Assembly (NCBI GenBank): GCA_964187785.1
Contig: OZ076415.1
Location: forward strand, 24,056,001-24,120,000
Source: Amphiscolops sp. MND2022
Lineage: Eukaryota
Direction of reading: 5' to 3'
Length of the DNA: 64,000 nt
Positions 36,946-48,358 of this stretch are shown piece after piece (positions within the stretch are counted from its first letter, which is position 1; each line of letters starts with the position of its first letter). A program made the position numbers and the translations under genes. A model generated the notes under the pieces. It saw only the letters and a list, made by a program, of their open reading frames with translations, did no database searches and was not told the origin of the DNA.

Positions 36946-39900
36946 TCCTCCCCGGGCCGTAGTTTGTCGTCCTCGACAAACGAGAGAGGACGTTCACATC
37001 TTGGTTGCCACCATCCAGTGATCCAGTGATACTGTTGTAACATGGTACTTCAGGAATCTAAATGGAAGTCGTTGCCCAAAAACACGTTATTGCCCAAAAA
37101 CATGAGTTTTTGCCAGCCTAGCAGGTTTCCTTGGATTCCACACCAACAACGGGTTCTTGCACTGGAAAAATATTAGCAACTTTAGACACTTAGCCTTATA
37201 TTCAAAACAAATTCAAACTTTTAATTTCGCACCAAGATTTCAAAATTTCTAGCACCTTATTGCATCTGCATAAAAAGCACTCATCACAATAGGTTTGGCA
37301 CTGACCTGGGGTCCGCCTGATAGGTTAGGTTTTATAAAAAGCACGATAGCACTTGAAAAGCGAAAAATAAAAGTAACAGCTGTGGTCTTGCAAAGTTCAT
37401 GGCCAACAGAAACTGCACAATAACTAGCACCAATGGTGAAACAGGCCTCAAAAAATCAAAAATATCACCAAAAGTGAGGAACTATTCAATCTATTGTGTC
37501 AGCAGTGTACGCCCAGTTAAAGTTATTGCCTAGGTAGTACAAGCACCAGTGTATATGCAAGAGATGGAAACAAACTACTTCTCAAGAGGGGACAATGTCA
37601 CTAACGATGATAGAGCAGAACCAATAAAAGTCAAAAATCAGGCATGATAGATCATGAAAACAGTCTTCGGCATTAAAAACAAGTTCCAGAGCAATCATTC
37701 GGGTTCTAAAAGCACGGCCGCTGGCCAAGCAATTCTCAGAGCTTCGAAGCTCTAGGTGTTTCATCAAGCTTGGTGTTGACTCCTCTCGGGTGAGTACGGG
37801 TACTCCCCGGGCCAATCTCTGGTCCGGTGTTTTCACATCGACATGGTTCACGCAACTGTGGTACCGAGCACCAAAGTACGCCATAGGCATGAATTGAGCA
37901 ACGAACACTGATTATTTGAGAAGTCTGCTTGGCTACAGATGTTAGATTGTCTGAAATGTCCGCTTGTCACTCATGTTGCCATGTTTCTGGAGAGCATAAG
38001 TGATAACAAAAATGTAATTAGGGACTACGGGTAGACCTTGGGGGTGAGTAGGAGGAGAGACACTGAGTTTGAAGTGGTTTTTTGCCTTACGATCGTAGTA
38101 CGATTAGAAAAAGCGTTCTTTTTCCACTATGGCAGTCATCAGTGTACTTGTTGTTCTGTTTTGAGACGCACTGCGTACAAAGTCTAAACTTCTAAAAGTG
38201 CCTATAAACGCGCTCCAGCACCTGTAGGGCCCATGGGGCACTGAGTATGCGTAATCTCAATGAACAGATTGCACTCAAGTGACTTTGATAGCAGCCGGGA
38301 GGCGAATTTCCATTTTCGGTTTTTCACCTCCATGTCTCATAGATCGGTTTTCTCAGAGACCCGAGATCTTAGGGTCAGCTTAGCACTAATCAAAGTGATT
38401 CAAGAAGACGTCCTGAGGGCGCCAGATATGCTAATGGGCTCGCCTTGGCCCTCACTGGCACGTACATTGACAAAAACTATGTGATTTTTTGCAAAAATGA
38501 CCAAAATCAACAATTTTTTCGTCAACATGCACCTCCGGGGAAGGTGAAAATCACTTGTAGCGCTGCTAGCGACTTGAAAATTTCACACCGTCTAATACAC
38601 TGGTTGAATCGTGGGGAATGAACCTCCGATTGCGTCAAAATTGACCCTGTGGGTGTCAGGGCCACTTAACAATGTTCACTGAAAATTTGACTATGTCGTG
38701 AAATTCACAAAAAGTGGTCAGACTCGCCTTCGAGGCGTCCCAGCCACCTGAAATTTTGCATGCGAGCGTAACTTTTGCCTACGTAACAGAAAAACAGAGG
38801 GGCGAGGTGCCTTGATCAACATCTGGCGATATGAAGTGACAAAACCTTGATGTACCAGAGGTACCACTTTTTCGGGTCAAAAATCGCAAAAATGTCAATT
38901 TCTCAGCTTTGGCTAGTAGCCAGCTGCTCAAATTGCACAAATCGTCGTGATCCAGTGCCGTGTGCACGAAAATGCAAGAATTTTAGTGTTGGGGTACCTG
39001 CGAGGTATTGCACTATGCTCAACTAAAATTCAATTTTTTCGACATTTTCGGATCATTTTTGAGCAAAACTGCGGCTAAGATTTCTCAATCACTAGTAATG
39101 GTAGCGCTATGAAAATTACACCACCAACGTAACTTTTTATGGTCTCCACGATGGTGCAATCCGTTTTGGGCTACTCCTGCTAGGAGAGATTTCGACCTGT
39201 ACTGGAAGCACTACTCTGGTGTTCCGAAAATGTCACAAAAATAACACGTTTTTGGCTATTTCTCGGCAACCACTGGTTGGAATCACTCGCGGTTTTCGGC
39301 GTTGGTAGTCTAGTACTCTCTACTAACAGAAAGTAGGCGAGCGAAACCTGGTAGGTTCCAGCTAGGGTCTCTCAATATTGGTTTTAGGTCACACCTTGGA
39401 CACTCTGGGAACACCTATGAAAAACACTTATTTTCCCTAGGAACTTGTTATTCTTCGGTTCCCAGAGGTCAACGGTGGTTTCAACGGTACTGTAGGAAGG
39501 TGTAACTGCTTTATTCAGGGGAGTGGGGTTCTTTCAATTATTATTTTTGATGTTATAGCTCTCAGGTCTATGGGGTCCTCTACTCAGGTCTATTTTAATG
39601 AAAGAAAAGTGATGTTAAAACTTCAATTTATATTGGGGATGTTCAAAAACCGTCTTGGTAGTAGTATTGCGTACTACCAAGCACAACAACAAAAATTTTG
39701 GGCCTTTCAAGAGGCTTGGGAGCAAACACCCAAGGCTTCGCCCTCGTCAAAATTGGTCAAAATGGCCAATTTTGCCTATTTTTGAACAAAAATTGCTGAA
39801 ATTTTCAGGTTTTCTAGAAAAACAGCCCAACAAAATTATTTGTTCTCGACCTGGTAGGTCCGACAGAACGTTTTTCAGGTATTCCCTCAGGCCGTAGACA

Positions 39901-40565
39901 GTTCTATAAAATTTTGGCTCTCAAAACGGGAAATTTCGATATTTGAGCTGTTTTTACTGTCTTTTTTGGCGTTTTCGAGCTCAAGTTCTTGAAATAACTG
40001 ATGTAAATACCCTGTGGGTATTATTCACAGTTAATTTATGCAAAAACAGGCCTGGGAATACTAATTTGGGGCTAGAAAACGTAAGGGGAACGAAATAACC
40101 CAGCTATCTTCGGTGAATTGGCATCAAGTGGGGAGGAAGAGGCTATGACGTGAAGCACCTGCAGCCCTGCACTCAGCTAGTTCGGGTCTTCACCAATCGT
40201 CCTCGCAGTCCCTGTACATTGCTAATTAGCTGAAAAGAAGCTGGAAAACCCGTTAAAACACGTTCCGGATAAGCCGGAATAGCTTTTTTAATGAGTACAG
40301 ATAAGGCACAAGGGGGTACACTGTTTCAAACTGTCTTTTTCAGGCTGGGAACCTCGGAAACATGCAGGAAACGCAGGAAAAACACTAATACGAGGCCCAA
40401 AGGGCTAGAACAAAGCAATAAAAACAATCTAGGACTCTCCTAAAAGCTTCTCCTAGATCCGGACCTTTCAGGGCCGGAAAGCAGGAGTTGCTCCTCGCAG
40501 GACGCGGTAAGGAAAATTATCCTTGAAAAATATCCCTCTGTGGTCGCCATAAAAACTATTCCAGA

Positions 40566-41318
40566 TGTAACGTCCGGCTAGCGACGCACATCTAGGAAGA
40601 GGGACAATGCCTAGGATGCTTAAACAGGAGACCGTTGTCTTACTACATACCTAGACACTAGTTTTTGATCCCAAAATGGTCTCCAAGGGGGACTTTTCTA
40701 ACGTCTAAGGAGGCTCCTCTAGTTAGAGCTCCGAGGCGACGTGCCGGCACTCTCAAAGTCCGGACACGCCCCACAAGCCTGTAAAAACAAATCCTAAGGT
40801 TTTTAGCGCGTTCCTGCCATCTCCTACATACTTCCGAGGTCCAAAAAGGTGTCTAGCTGAAATACATTATATTGGTGAATAAGGACTAAAATGAGGCCCT
40901 AGTAGGTCAAACATTATCCAAATACGCTATAAACAGTCAAAGTAGGTGGGGATAGGCCCCAATAAAGTATACAGTTACAGTTCGGTGGCGATCATCGGCT
41001 TCCTGCCTCTGGCATCATTCCTCATCTTCGGGGCACAATGGTCTCATTTGGCACTTTTCTGCCAAAACCCTGTCTTTTTGCTGTCAGATGGCCGAATTCC
41101 TGATTCTCACGCCTTCTGGGTGATGACATCTCGGACATTTTCGTTCCTGGGTGGTGGGTTGGGTCTTTCTGGGCGTGTTTTGCCTTTTTTTTGCTTCCTC
41201 TACGGTTTTCGTACCTGCCGGGTCGGCCATCTTGAATGTGCTTGTTTGATGTCGCACATTTCGAATTTTTGATCGAAATTTTCAAAAACTTCTGCAACGC
41301 CGACTGCCGGACGTTACA
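40566..41318 (-). repeat. 5' LTR of the LARD-like element
   Basis: Near-identical to 36193-36945; PBS 16 nt inside. Confidence 0.95.
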
Positions 41319-44300
41319 ATTACGACCTTAAACAAAATTGGCTGATTCGTGGTTTGGTTCTCCATCGTTACGTATTTCGATTGGTGTAGTTTTTTGTGCA
41401 GTGTTTCTAGTGAATCACAGTACTCGAAGTGTTTGATAAAAACTTCCGGTAAGGCCATTTCCGTTTCCCATGTTCATTAACTTTGAAATCTTCAAAGTTT
41501 AGATTGCTGTTTCTACCGTACCGTTTCTCATCTGCATTGGGAGTGACCAGTGTTTGACCTCTATTGTTCGGTTGATTTTTAAACTCTTCTTAAATGAACG
41601 CCTTCGTTTGTCTATTATATTATGTTCCGTAAGGCCCCACAGTTAGGGGTATTTGTTAAGAAAATAACATTTTCCGTGGATTTCGACCTTTTAACTTCTT
41701 TCAATGTCGCGACAGTTTCTGAAACATTTTATACTGATTAGTGTTTGTGTGTCCCGTTTTTTTGTTGTGAAGTTTCCTTGTAAAGTCAAGTTTTTGTATT
41801 TCCTGTTCACCTATATTTTAGTTCTCCGTAGTGTTGGTTCGGTGATTGGTTCGTAATTGTTTACCTGTTGCGATCATGCTGTACAGTTTATTATTATTTT
41901 TTCGAGACTTTTGTTGACCTCCAGCCTGCAGAAAAGTTTTGCCTTGATGATTGTCGTAACGGTGTGACCAAAATATAGTATATCTTCGAAGCGTCTTCTG
42001 AGATCAAACGGGACAAACGTTTTGTCACTGGCAATTTCTAAACTCCACCGGATTGGCATTTCTCGAATGCAGGCTTCTACTCTTCTGGGGTCATCTCGTC
42101 ACATGCTCTGCCTGACTCGTGTGAGGTCTGGCACGATTGCAAATTGCGATATGGCGCTCTTTAGGACCACCGTAAATCGTGTCCGGTTTTTCTGAGAAAA
42201 TTTCCGATATTCTTGTTAGTACAGAACTTGCCAAAAATTAAGTTAATTTGAATAGAGTGTAATTTTGCCCTTCAGTATGAGTTTCTTCCATTATACGTTG
42301 GAAGAGCTCTCTTCCCGCAGCAAAACAATGTCTTCTTCTGTATCAGCCGGATCAGGTTCAACTTGACTCTCTTCCGAGCTCTTCTTCATCGGCTTCTCGA
42401 TGGTGACCCGAACGACAGTTGTGTCGCTTATTTTAGTAGCCTTGCATCAGTTATGCCAATCTCGCATCAACTGCTAAACGTTCGAACCCATCGATTGAAT
42501 AGATCTTTTCAGATGTTTCAGATATACATATAGTTCTTTCAGTATCATTCGGATATCTACTTTCGGAAACAAATGAGTTGGTAACTTCGTCATCTTGTTT
42601 TTGTCAAAATGTTTTTACGAGAAAACGTTTGTCCCCTGCTGTCGTTGATTCCACGGATTACAATGGATAGATCGTCTAGACATGCAGTGGTTCAGGATTC
42701 GAGTGTTCGTTCATGTTTTTGTGCAAACAATGTAGGTAATTTTGCAAGTCCGAAGAACCCTTTTTTGTACCACTGGTACTCGCTGAATGTACCCCTGGTC
42801 AGTGCATACACACATTGTCGGCTTGTTTCTTAGGATAATTTCACTTGTCCGTATGGGTAATCCAAGTCAATTTTTGAAACATGTGGATGTACTGTTCAAC
42901 AGGGGTTGTTTTTTACCGAAATCGGGTTGGCAACTCCCCCATATTCGGCATATAAGGTTTCGTTTTTGTATAGCTGTCATTCAATATCCTTGAGTTCTAC
43001 TTTCACAGAGTGATATTTTCACGTGTGTGGTATTTTCACGTGAGTGCAATTTTCACTGATTCAACGCTGTTAAGAGTGATTACCATCTGAGACAAGAAAC
43101 AGTCTTCGTCAACGTCATTTATCATATTCAAATTCAAATGCTGGGCTATTATAACTTCTCTAAATACCGTCCCAGAACTTCTTGTAAATGTAGTTGTACC
43201 AATCTAGTATGGTTTTAGCAAGTAACGTCCCAGCTTGAGCTTGATAATCCTTTCGGTATCCATTATTGTATCGATGTCCTCGAATAGGTCTGGAAAATTA
43301 CTGAAGACGATCTTTTTTTCTTGTTGGACCCTTTTTAGCCGTTCATGTGCCTCCGTTTGTGAGTTTGAAAATTTCCATCCATGCCACAACAGGTAGTGAC
43401 CTGTTATCGCTTTTCTTTGTGTTATGATAGTTTTCAATAGTGTTTTTTCTTCGCTTGTATTTATTTCTTTTATGTGATGTTTGCATTTGTCTGACTCATC
43501 TGATGATTCTTTCGGTTCATTCATTTCTTCTTTTCTTAGTTTTCATACTGTTCCATTGTTGTTGAACCATCTTCTGTGGCCTGCATATCTGCATTTGTTC
43601 TAGTTTTCTTCCAGTGAAAAGCTTTGGTACATCGGTGTGCAATTCGGATCGTTACAAAACCTCCATGGTCAGTTATCCAAAAATTTTGTTCTTCCGAATT
43701 GTTTTTTTTGTTGTAACGATTCTGTTTTTCATTTTTTCATCGATTGTAATCAAGGCTTCCTGATTTGGTTTCCTCTCGTTTTTCTTTCTGTGTTTACTCG
43801 TCAGGTGTTCTAGTCAACAAGTTCGATTGTCTTCTTCAGTTCAAACGATTTTTCTATAATTTTTAGGTCGTGGTTTTCATTGGTATTTGCTGTCATTTAC
43901 GTAATCAGTAACTTTTCATCAGAGATTCAAATAAAATTACTTTTTTCATTTCATTCCGTCTTCAGGTGTTTCGTCCACGTCCTGTTTTGCCCAAAAATTC
44001 TCTTCTCTTACGGTAAGTATATCGTTTTGGAAGGTTGCAATGGTTTTCGTTTTCTGTTTGGCTCTCGTTATCTGATAGATTCTTTCGGGTTCTACTGAAC
44101 AAATAAAACGTTCTTAGAATCCTTTTTTTCCATACCAACAGTTTTCGGTACGTCTTCCCATTCATTACTGGTTATAGCTATTTTATTTTGCGTTTTATGA
44201 ACTGCCGGAATGTTTCCAACCACTGTCTTGTTGTAAGTACAGAGTTCACCTCCAACAGTTTGCCCCAGGTTCGATACGGCTTTTTTCTGCCATTCTCCGG

Positions 44301-44629
44301 TCATTCAGTAGTTTGATTTAATGATTTAATGTAAAAATCGGTTGACTACGCTATGTTTTTATTCTAGAGCTAGGTAAAGCAATCACATTGTACCTAAAAA
44401 AGAACCCTTTTTATGTAACTGGTTTGTTACCATGTACAAACAACTTGGATTTTTCATTCAAACTTCCCAACCGTCTTTTTTCAGTTTTTTTTAAATAAAA
44501 CTGTTTGTTTAGGAATGAAGAACTAAAATGAGAATGATCAGTTACTTCCAGACTTGTCTCATGTATTTACAATTGCAATCGATGGTAGAAGTAGTTCAGC
44601 ACCGGAAATATATAGCAATGTGACCCGTA

Positions 44630-46525
44630 CCTGTCAGTCATCAAAAATGTGCGGTATCAAGTGTTGCGTGTTGCATCGCACAAGCAGGTACTTGAATATG
44701 CAGCGTCAAAAGTTGTATATGCGATGTCATCTGGTGGGTACTTGAACTTAAGGGGCCTGTGGCTGATCATTCGATCAGTCGCGCCTGCGAGGTGGATGGC
44801 AAACCTTGACACCCCCATACTGTCGAGAGCCAACCATGGTGATCTTGCATCTTCGTCTCACCCAGTCACTTCGTGAAACTGTCAGCGCAAGTGTCGCGAC
44901 TGGCAATGACCATGAGATAAATCGACCGATTCTTTAGTGTCTCCTGCACATAAGACACCCGAATTGCAAAGTGTTTCGTCTTTGCGCTGCTAACATATCT
45001 GGTCGCTATTGCTAAGCACGATTGACTGTCCATGAACAAAGTCGTCGCTATTGATTTTCCAAGTCCATCCAGAGTCTCCCGCAAATGCACCGTTTCCTTG
45101 ACGGCGTCGCTCAAGGCATGAGGTTCTCCCTCGGTGGTTGAAGTTGCTACACATATTTGTCGTCTTAGATCGCTCTGGATCTTGTTTCTACTTTTTGCGC
45201 TTTGCCGAAGCAACAAGAGAGTGGGGTATTTTGAGTTCGAAGGTTTATGTGAGCGAAAAGCGAGATATAAAATAGATTGAAAAATATGAATCGAATTGTT
45301 CTGTTTTTCTATTTTTTGCCCCTGCAAAGTGTTTAACAGCGTTTATAATATTGTAGGTATTTTTCTCCACCTAATATGGGTCATATACGGTGTATGCACG
45401 CTCGCCCTCACCGTCGCAAAAACCAGCTCCCACTAAGATCGCTACCCGATCTCCGTTCCCGCTAGGTCTTTGCTCCTGTTCGACCTCACCTAGCAAGAAA
45501 AGAACATATGCAGCCGCGGGGCACCAGAGGAAATAGGGACATATCCGAAGGCTGGAAAAATTGTTGATTGAAAACGCAAGGTATTTGAAAACATTGATTC
45601 GTTCTCGTTTTTTTGACCATTTTACTTCGGTCTCAGTGACAGATTGCATTCTCGGGCAAATTGATTCCATCGAAATTTTCACGGCCAACAAGACCTCTAT
45701 ACATGTCCGACTGCCACCACAGCACCACAAGAGAAACGTTTTATCGAAGAAAAACTTCCGTTGAATTTTTCACTTCAATTACGATACCAATTATTTGATA
45801 ATTTATTTCAAATTAATCGACAATTCAAAGTTGCCAATTGCCTGAATATCATAGCCTTGTTCAGTTTTTTCTCACAATTATGGTTATTTTTAATATTTGC
45901 CATCAACTAGAAAGATATAGTTCTGAATTAAATATATATTTAAAAAAAAGAAAAATGAACGTCTAATTCAAAATTCGAATTCAGTTTAAGTTCAAATAAA
46001 TTAAATATAGAAATTTCGTTGTAATTCAAGCCAAAATTGAATTTTTTGAGGAAGAACCCTGGAAAATTGCAAAATTGCACCAAATGTCGCACTAATTGCT
46101 AATTGCCCTCAGAGTTTTTGATAATTGCTAATTGAATTTGCATGCCTCAGAGTCGCAATTAATTGCAATTGCATGCAATTAATTGCTTTTGAAATTGCAA
46201 TCCCTGTTGGAATCTAAATGAACCAAATAGCATTATTGATTAAATAACGAAAATTCGATTACCATTATTTGTGAAGCGCTTACTTGCAATCCTTACTCGT
46301 CTGACATGTACACATTGAAGCAAAAATCGATGATGCTTCGTCTATCGTCCTTGCAGCTGATATAGTCTAAGTCCTGTAACATCGCACGTCACTTATTGAA
46401 AGTGATGCCCACGTCAGCTCTGCCTCTGAGGTAGCGTAACACGTGATTCGATGCTTGCCAGAGAGCAAATCCAGAGTTGCTGAGGAATTGATACCGTAGT
46501 TGGGCCAGGAATGCCTGGTCAGATC
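44630..46525 (-). pseudogene. Ty1/copia remnant (RT C-terminus 46290-46525, RNaseH 44866-45190, PPT and start of 3' LTR at 44811), interrupted by insertions
   Basis: ALWQASNHVLRYLRG...DDRRS (RT end); QICVATSTTEGEPHALSDAVKE...MDSQS...KTKHFAIR...ADSFTK (copia RNaseH); GGGGG|TGTCAAGG at 44816-44804. Left boundary approximate. Confidence 0.85.
46060..46206 (-). mobile_element. Orphan hAT-like terminus with AATTGC subterminal repeats
   Basis: Ends TTGCAATCCCTG (reverse complement CAGGGATTGCAA), similar to the TIR of the intact hAT (CAGGG(G/C)TTTGCAA). The partner end was not found. Confidence 0.45.
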
Positions 46526-47084
46526 CAGTGGGTATGGAACCAGTTTGTAGAAAACAAGTTTGTAGAATCCAGTTTGTAGAAAGTGAGATTCAGTTTGTAG
46601 AATTTTCTTCTACAAAGTGGACCATGGTACTATTTTGAATGGGTGGCTGTAAATAGGTCGAATTTTTCTGGTCGAAAGGACAGAGGTCGAGATTTTTGAT
46701 AGAATTGCAGGGATCGAACGGAATGCGGTCGAAATGGATCGAAGTCTTCGAGTCGAAAACGTTCTTTTTTGGCCTCAAGTCGATTGAGTATAATAATGTG
46801 GGGCATATGTTGTGTATGCACGCTCGCGCTCATCGTCGCAAAGACCAGTTCCCACTAAGATCACTTCGCGATCTCCGTTCCCGCTAGGTCTCTGCTCCTG
46901 CTCGACCTCGCTTAACAAGATGGGAACATAAGTGGCCCCAAGGGGCCGCGGGGCACTAGAGGAAATGGGGACATATCCGAGACACGTTTTATACTTTTCT
47001 AGAAAATTCTATCTGCGGCAAATCGATTTGTTTCCCAAAAGTCAAAATTTCGATCCGAGTTGTTTCGATCCTATTCGAAAATTC

Positions 47085-48114
47085 GGGGGAACGGAATAAG
47101 ACCTAAGGAATAGGACCTAAATCGAAAACGGGAATAAGACCTAAAGTAGAAGTCATTTTTCAGGAATTAGACCTAAAAATTTAGGTCCTATTCCTACTTC
47201 TTGGAAGAAGACCTATTAGCGAAATAAGACCTAAAAACGACAAACAAGACCTAAAAAAGTGGGAATTAGACCTAAAAACGACAAACAAGACCTAAAAAAG
47301 TGGTAATTAGACCTAAAAACGGGAATAGGACCTAAATGCGAAATGAGACCCATGGGGAGAACAGAATAGTCTTTAAAGGAATAATATCTGAAGTTTTTTA
47401 AAGTATCAAACGTGCCTCTGATATTTCCCCATTTCCTCTAGTGCCCCGCGGCCCCTTGGGGCCGCTTATAACCCCATCTTGCTAAGCGAGGTCGAACAGG
47501 AGCAAAGACTTAGCGGAAACGGAGATCGCGAAGCGATCGTAGTGGGAGCTGGTCTTTGCGACGGTGAGGGCGAGCGTGCATACACCAGATATGCCCCCAC
47601 ATTAGAAGGAGAAAGTACTGATAATTTTGTGAGACATTTACGAAAGGTGATATTTTTTTCCTGAATAAAATGATTTGAGATCTGACTATTTGATAAAATC
47701 AATGGGAGGAAAGAAATAATGATGAAAAATTTGTTATTTAGTGGTTTTTTTTGTGTTGATTGCCTCAATTTCATCTGCTGGAGGTTTTTTTTCTTTTCAC
47801 GTTTTGCAATATTTTTCGATGCCTATTGGTTATCTGTGATGATTGCCTCAATCCCCAGATTCTGGAATAAATTTTGGCCTTAAATGTTTTTTTTTAAAAT
47901 AGTTTTTTAGGTCTTGTTCCCTATTTTATGCCTAATTCCCTGTTTTAGACCTTATTCCTTAATTTAGGCCTTATTCCCGTTCCTATTTTAGGTCTTATTC
48001 CCGTTTTTTGGTGGGCCTTATTACGCATTTTAGGTCTTATTCCTGTTTTTTTAGGTCTTATTCCACTACTTTTGAGTTTTAGGTCTTATTCCTTAGGTCT
48101 TATTCCCGGTCCCC
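47085..48114. mobile_element. Foldback element with (AATAAGACCTAAAAA)n tandem TIRs and 8-bp TSD
   Basis: GGGG...CCCC ends; arrays at 47090-47345 and inverted at 47905-48110; TSD GAAAATTC/AAAAATTC. An empty-site paralog lies at ~49107-49180. Confidence 0.87.
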
Positions 48115-48358
48115 AAAAATTCGGTAAGTCGACCCGAGGACTAACTCTGATTTAGTTCCTCCGACCTATTTCTGCCCACCCATTTTGACTTAGGTCCTGT
48201 TTGTAGAATACCAGTTTGTGAAATTAACAAAGTCAGGAGAAAAACAATTAGACCAATATTGTAGGGATGATGCAAAGTAAAAACGTGCCTCTGATATGCC
48301 CCCATTTCCTCTAGAGCCCCGCGGCCCATTGGGGCCGCTTATGTTCCCATCTTGCTAA

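Larger units (their letters stand above)
36193..41318 (-). mobile_element. Young non-autonomous LTR element with a non-coding interior (LARD-like)
   Basis: 753-bp LTRs (36193-36945, 40566-41318) with 13-bp terminal inverted repeats TGTAACGTCCGGC and one visible difference. PBS TGGCGACCACAGAGGGA (40533-40549); PPT GGGGAGGA (36946-36953). No gag/pol ORF in the 3.6-kb interior; flanks share only ATT. Confidence 0.9.
36000..44300 (-). pseudogene. Decayed gypsy element D (same family as C, inverted), split by the LARD: 36000-36192 plus 41319-44300
   Basis: The reverse complement of 36000-36190 matches 32345-32520; 43880-43990 matches 25990-26110; 42780-42860 matches 27100-27190. Confidence 0.75.

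Noticed and set aside
36573-41297. Duplicated ORFs 36573-36899(+)/40946-41272(+) and 36649-36924(-)/41022-41297(-)
   Set aside because: They lie inside the LTRs, so they are duplicated by construction. They have no domain and are most likely chance frames.
29965-47774. Repeated ORFs such as MLSEVEQEQRPSGNGDREAIVVGAG...
   Set aside because: Chance translations of the ~200-bp hairpin element, with frames not preserved among copies.
20003-48110. Short regular repeats superficially like CRISPR arrays
   Set aside because: No unique spacers, the units form inverted TE arms, there are no cas genes and the context is eukaryotic.
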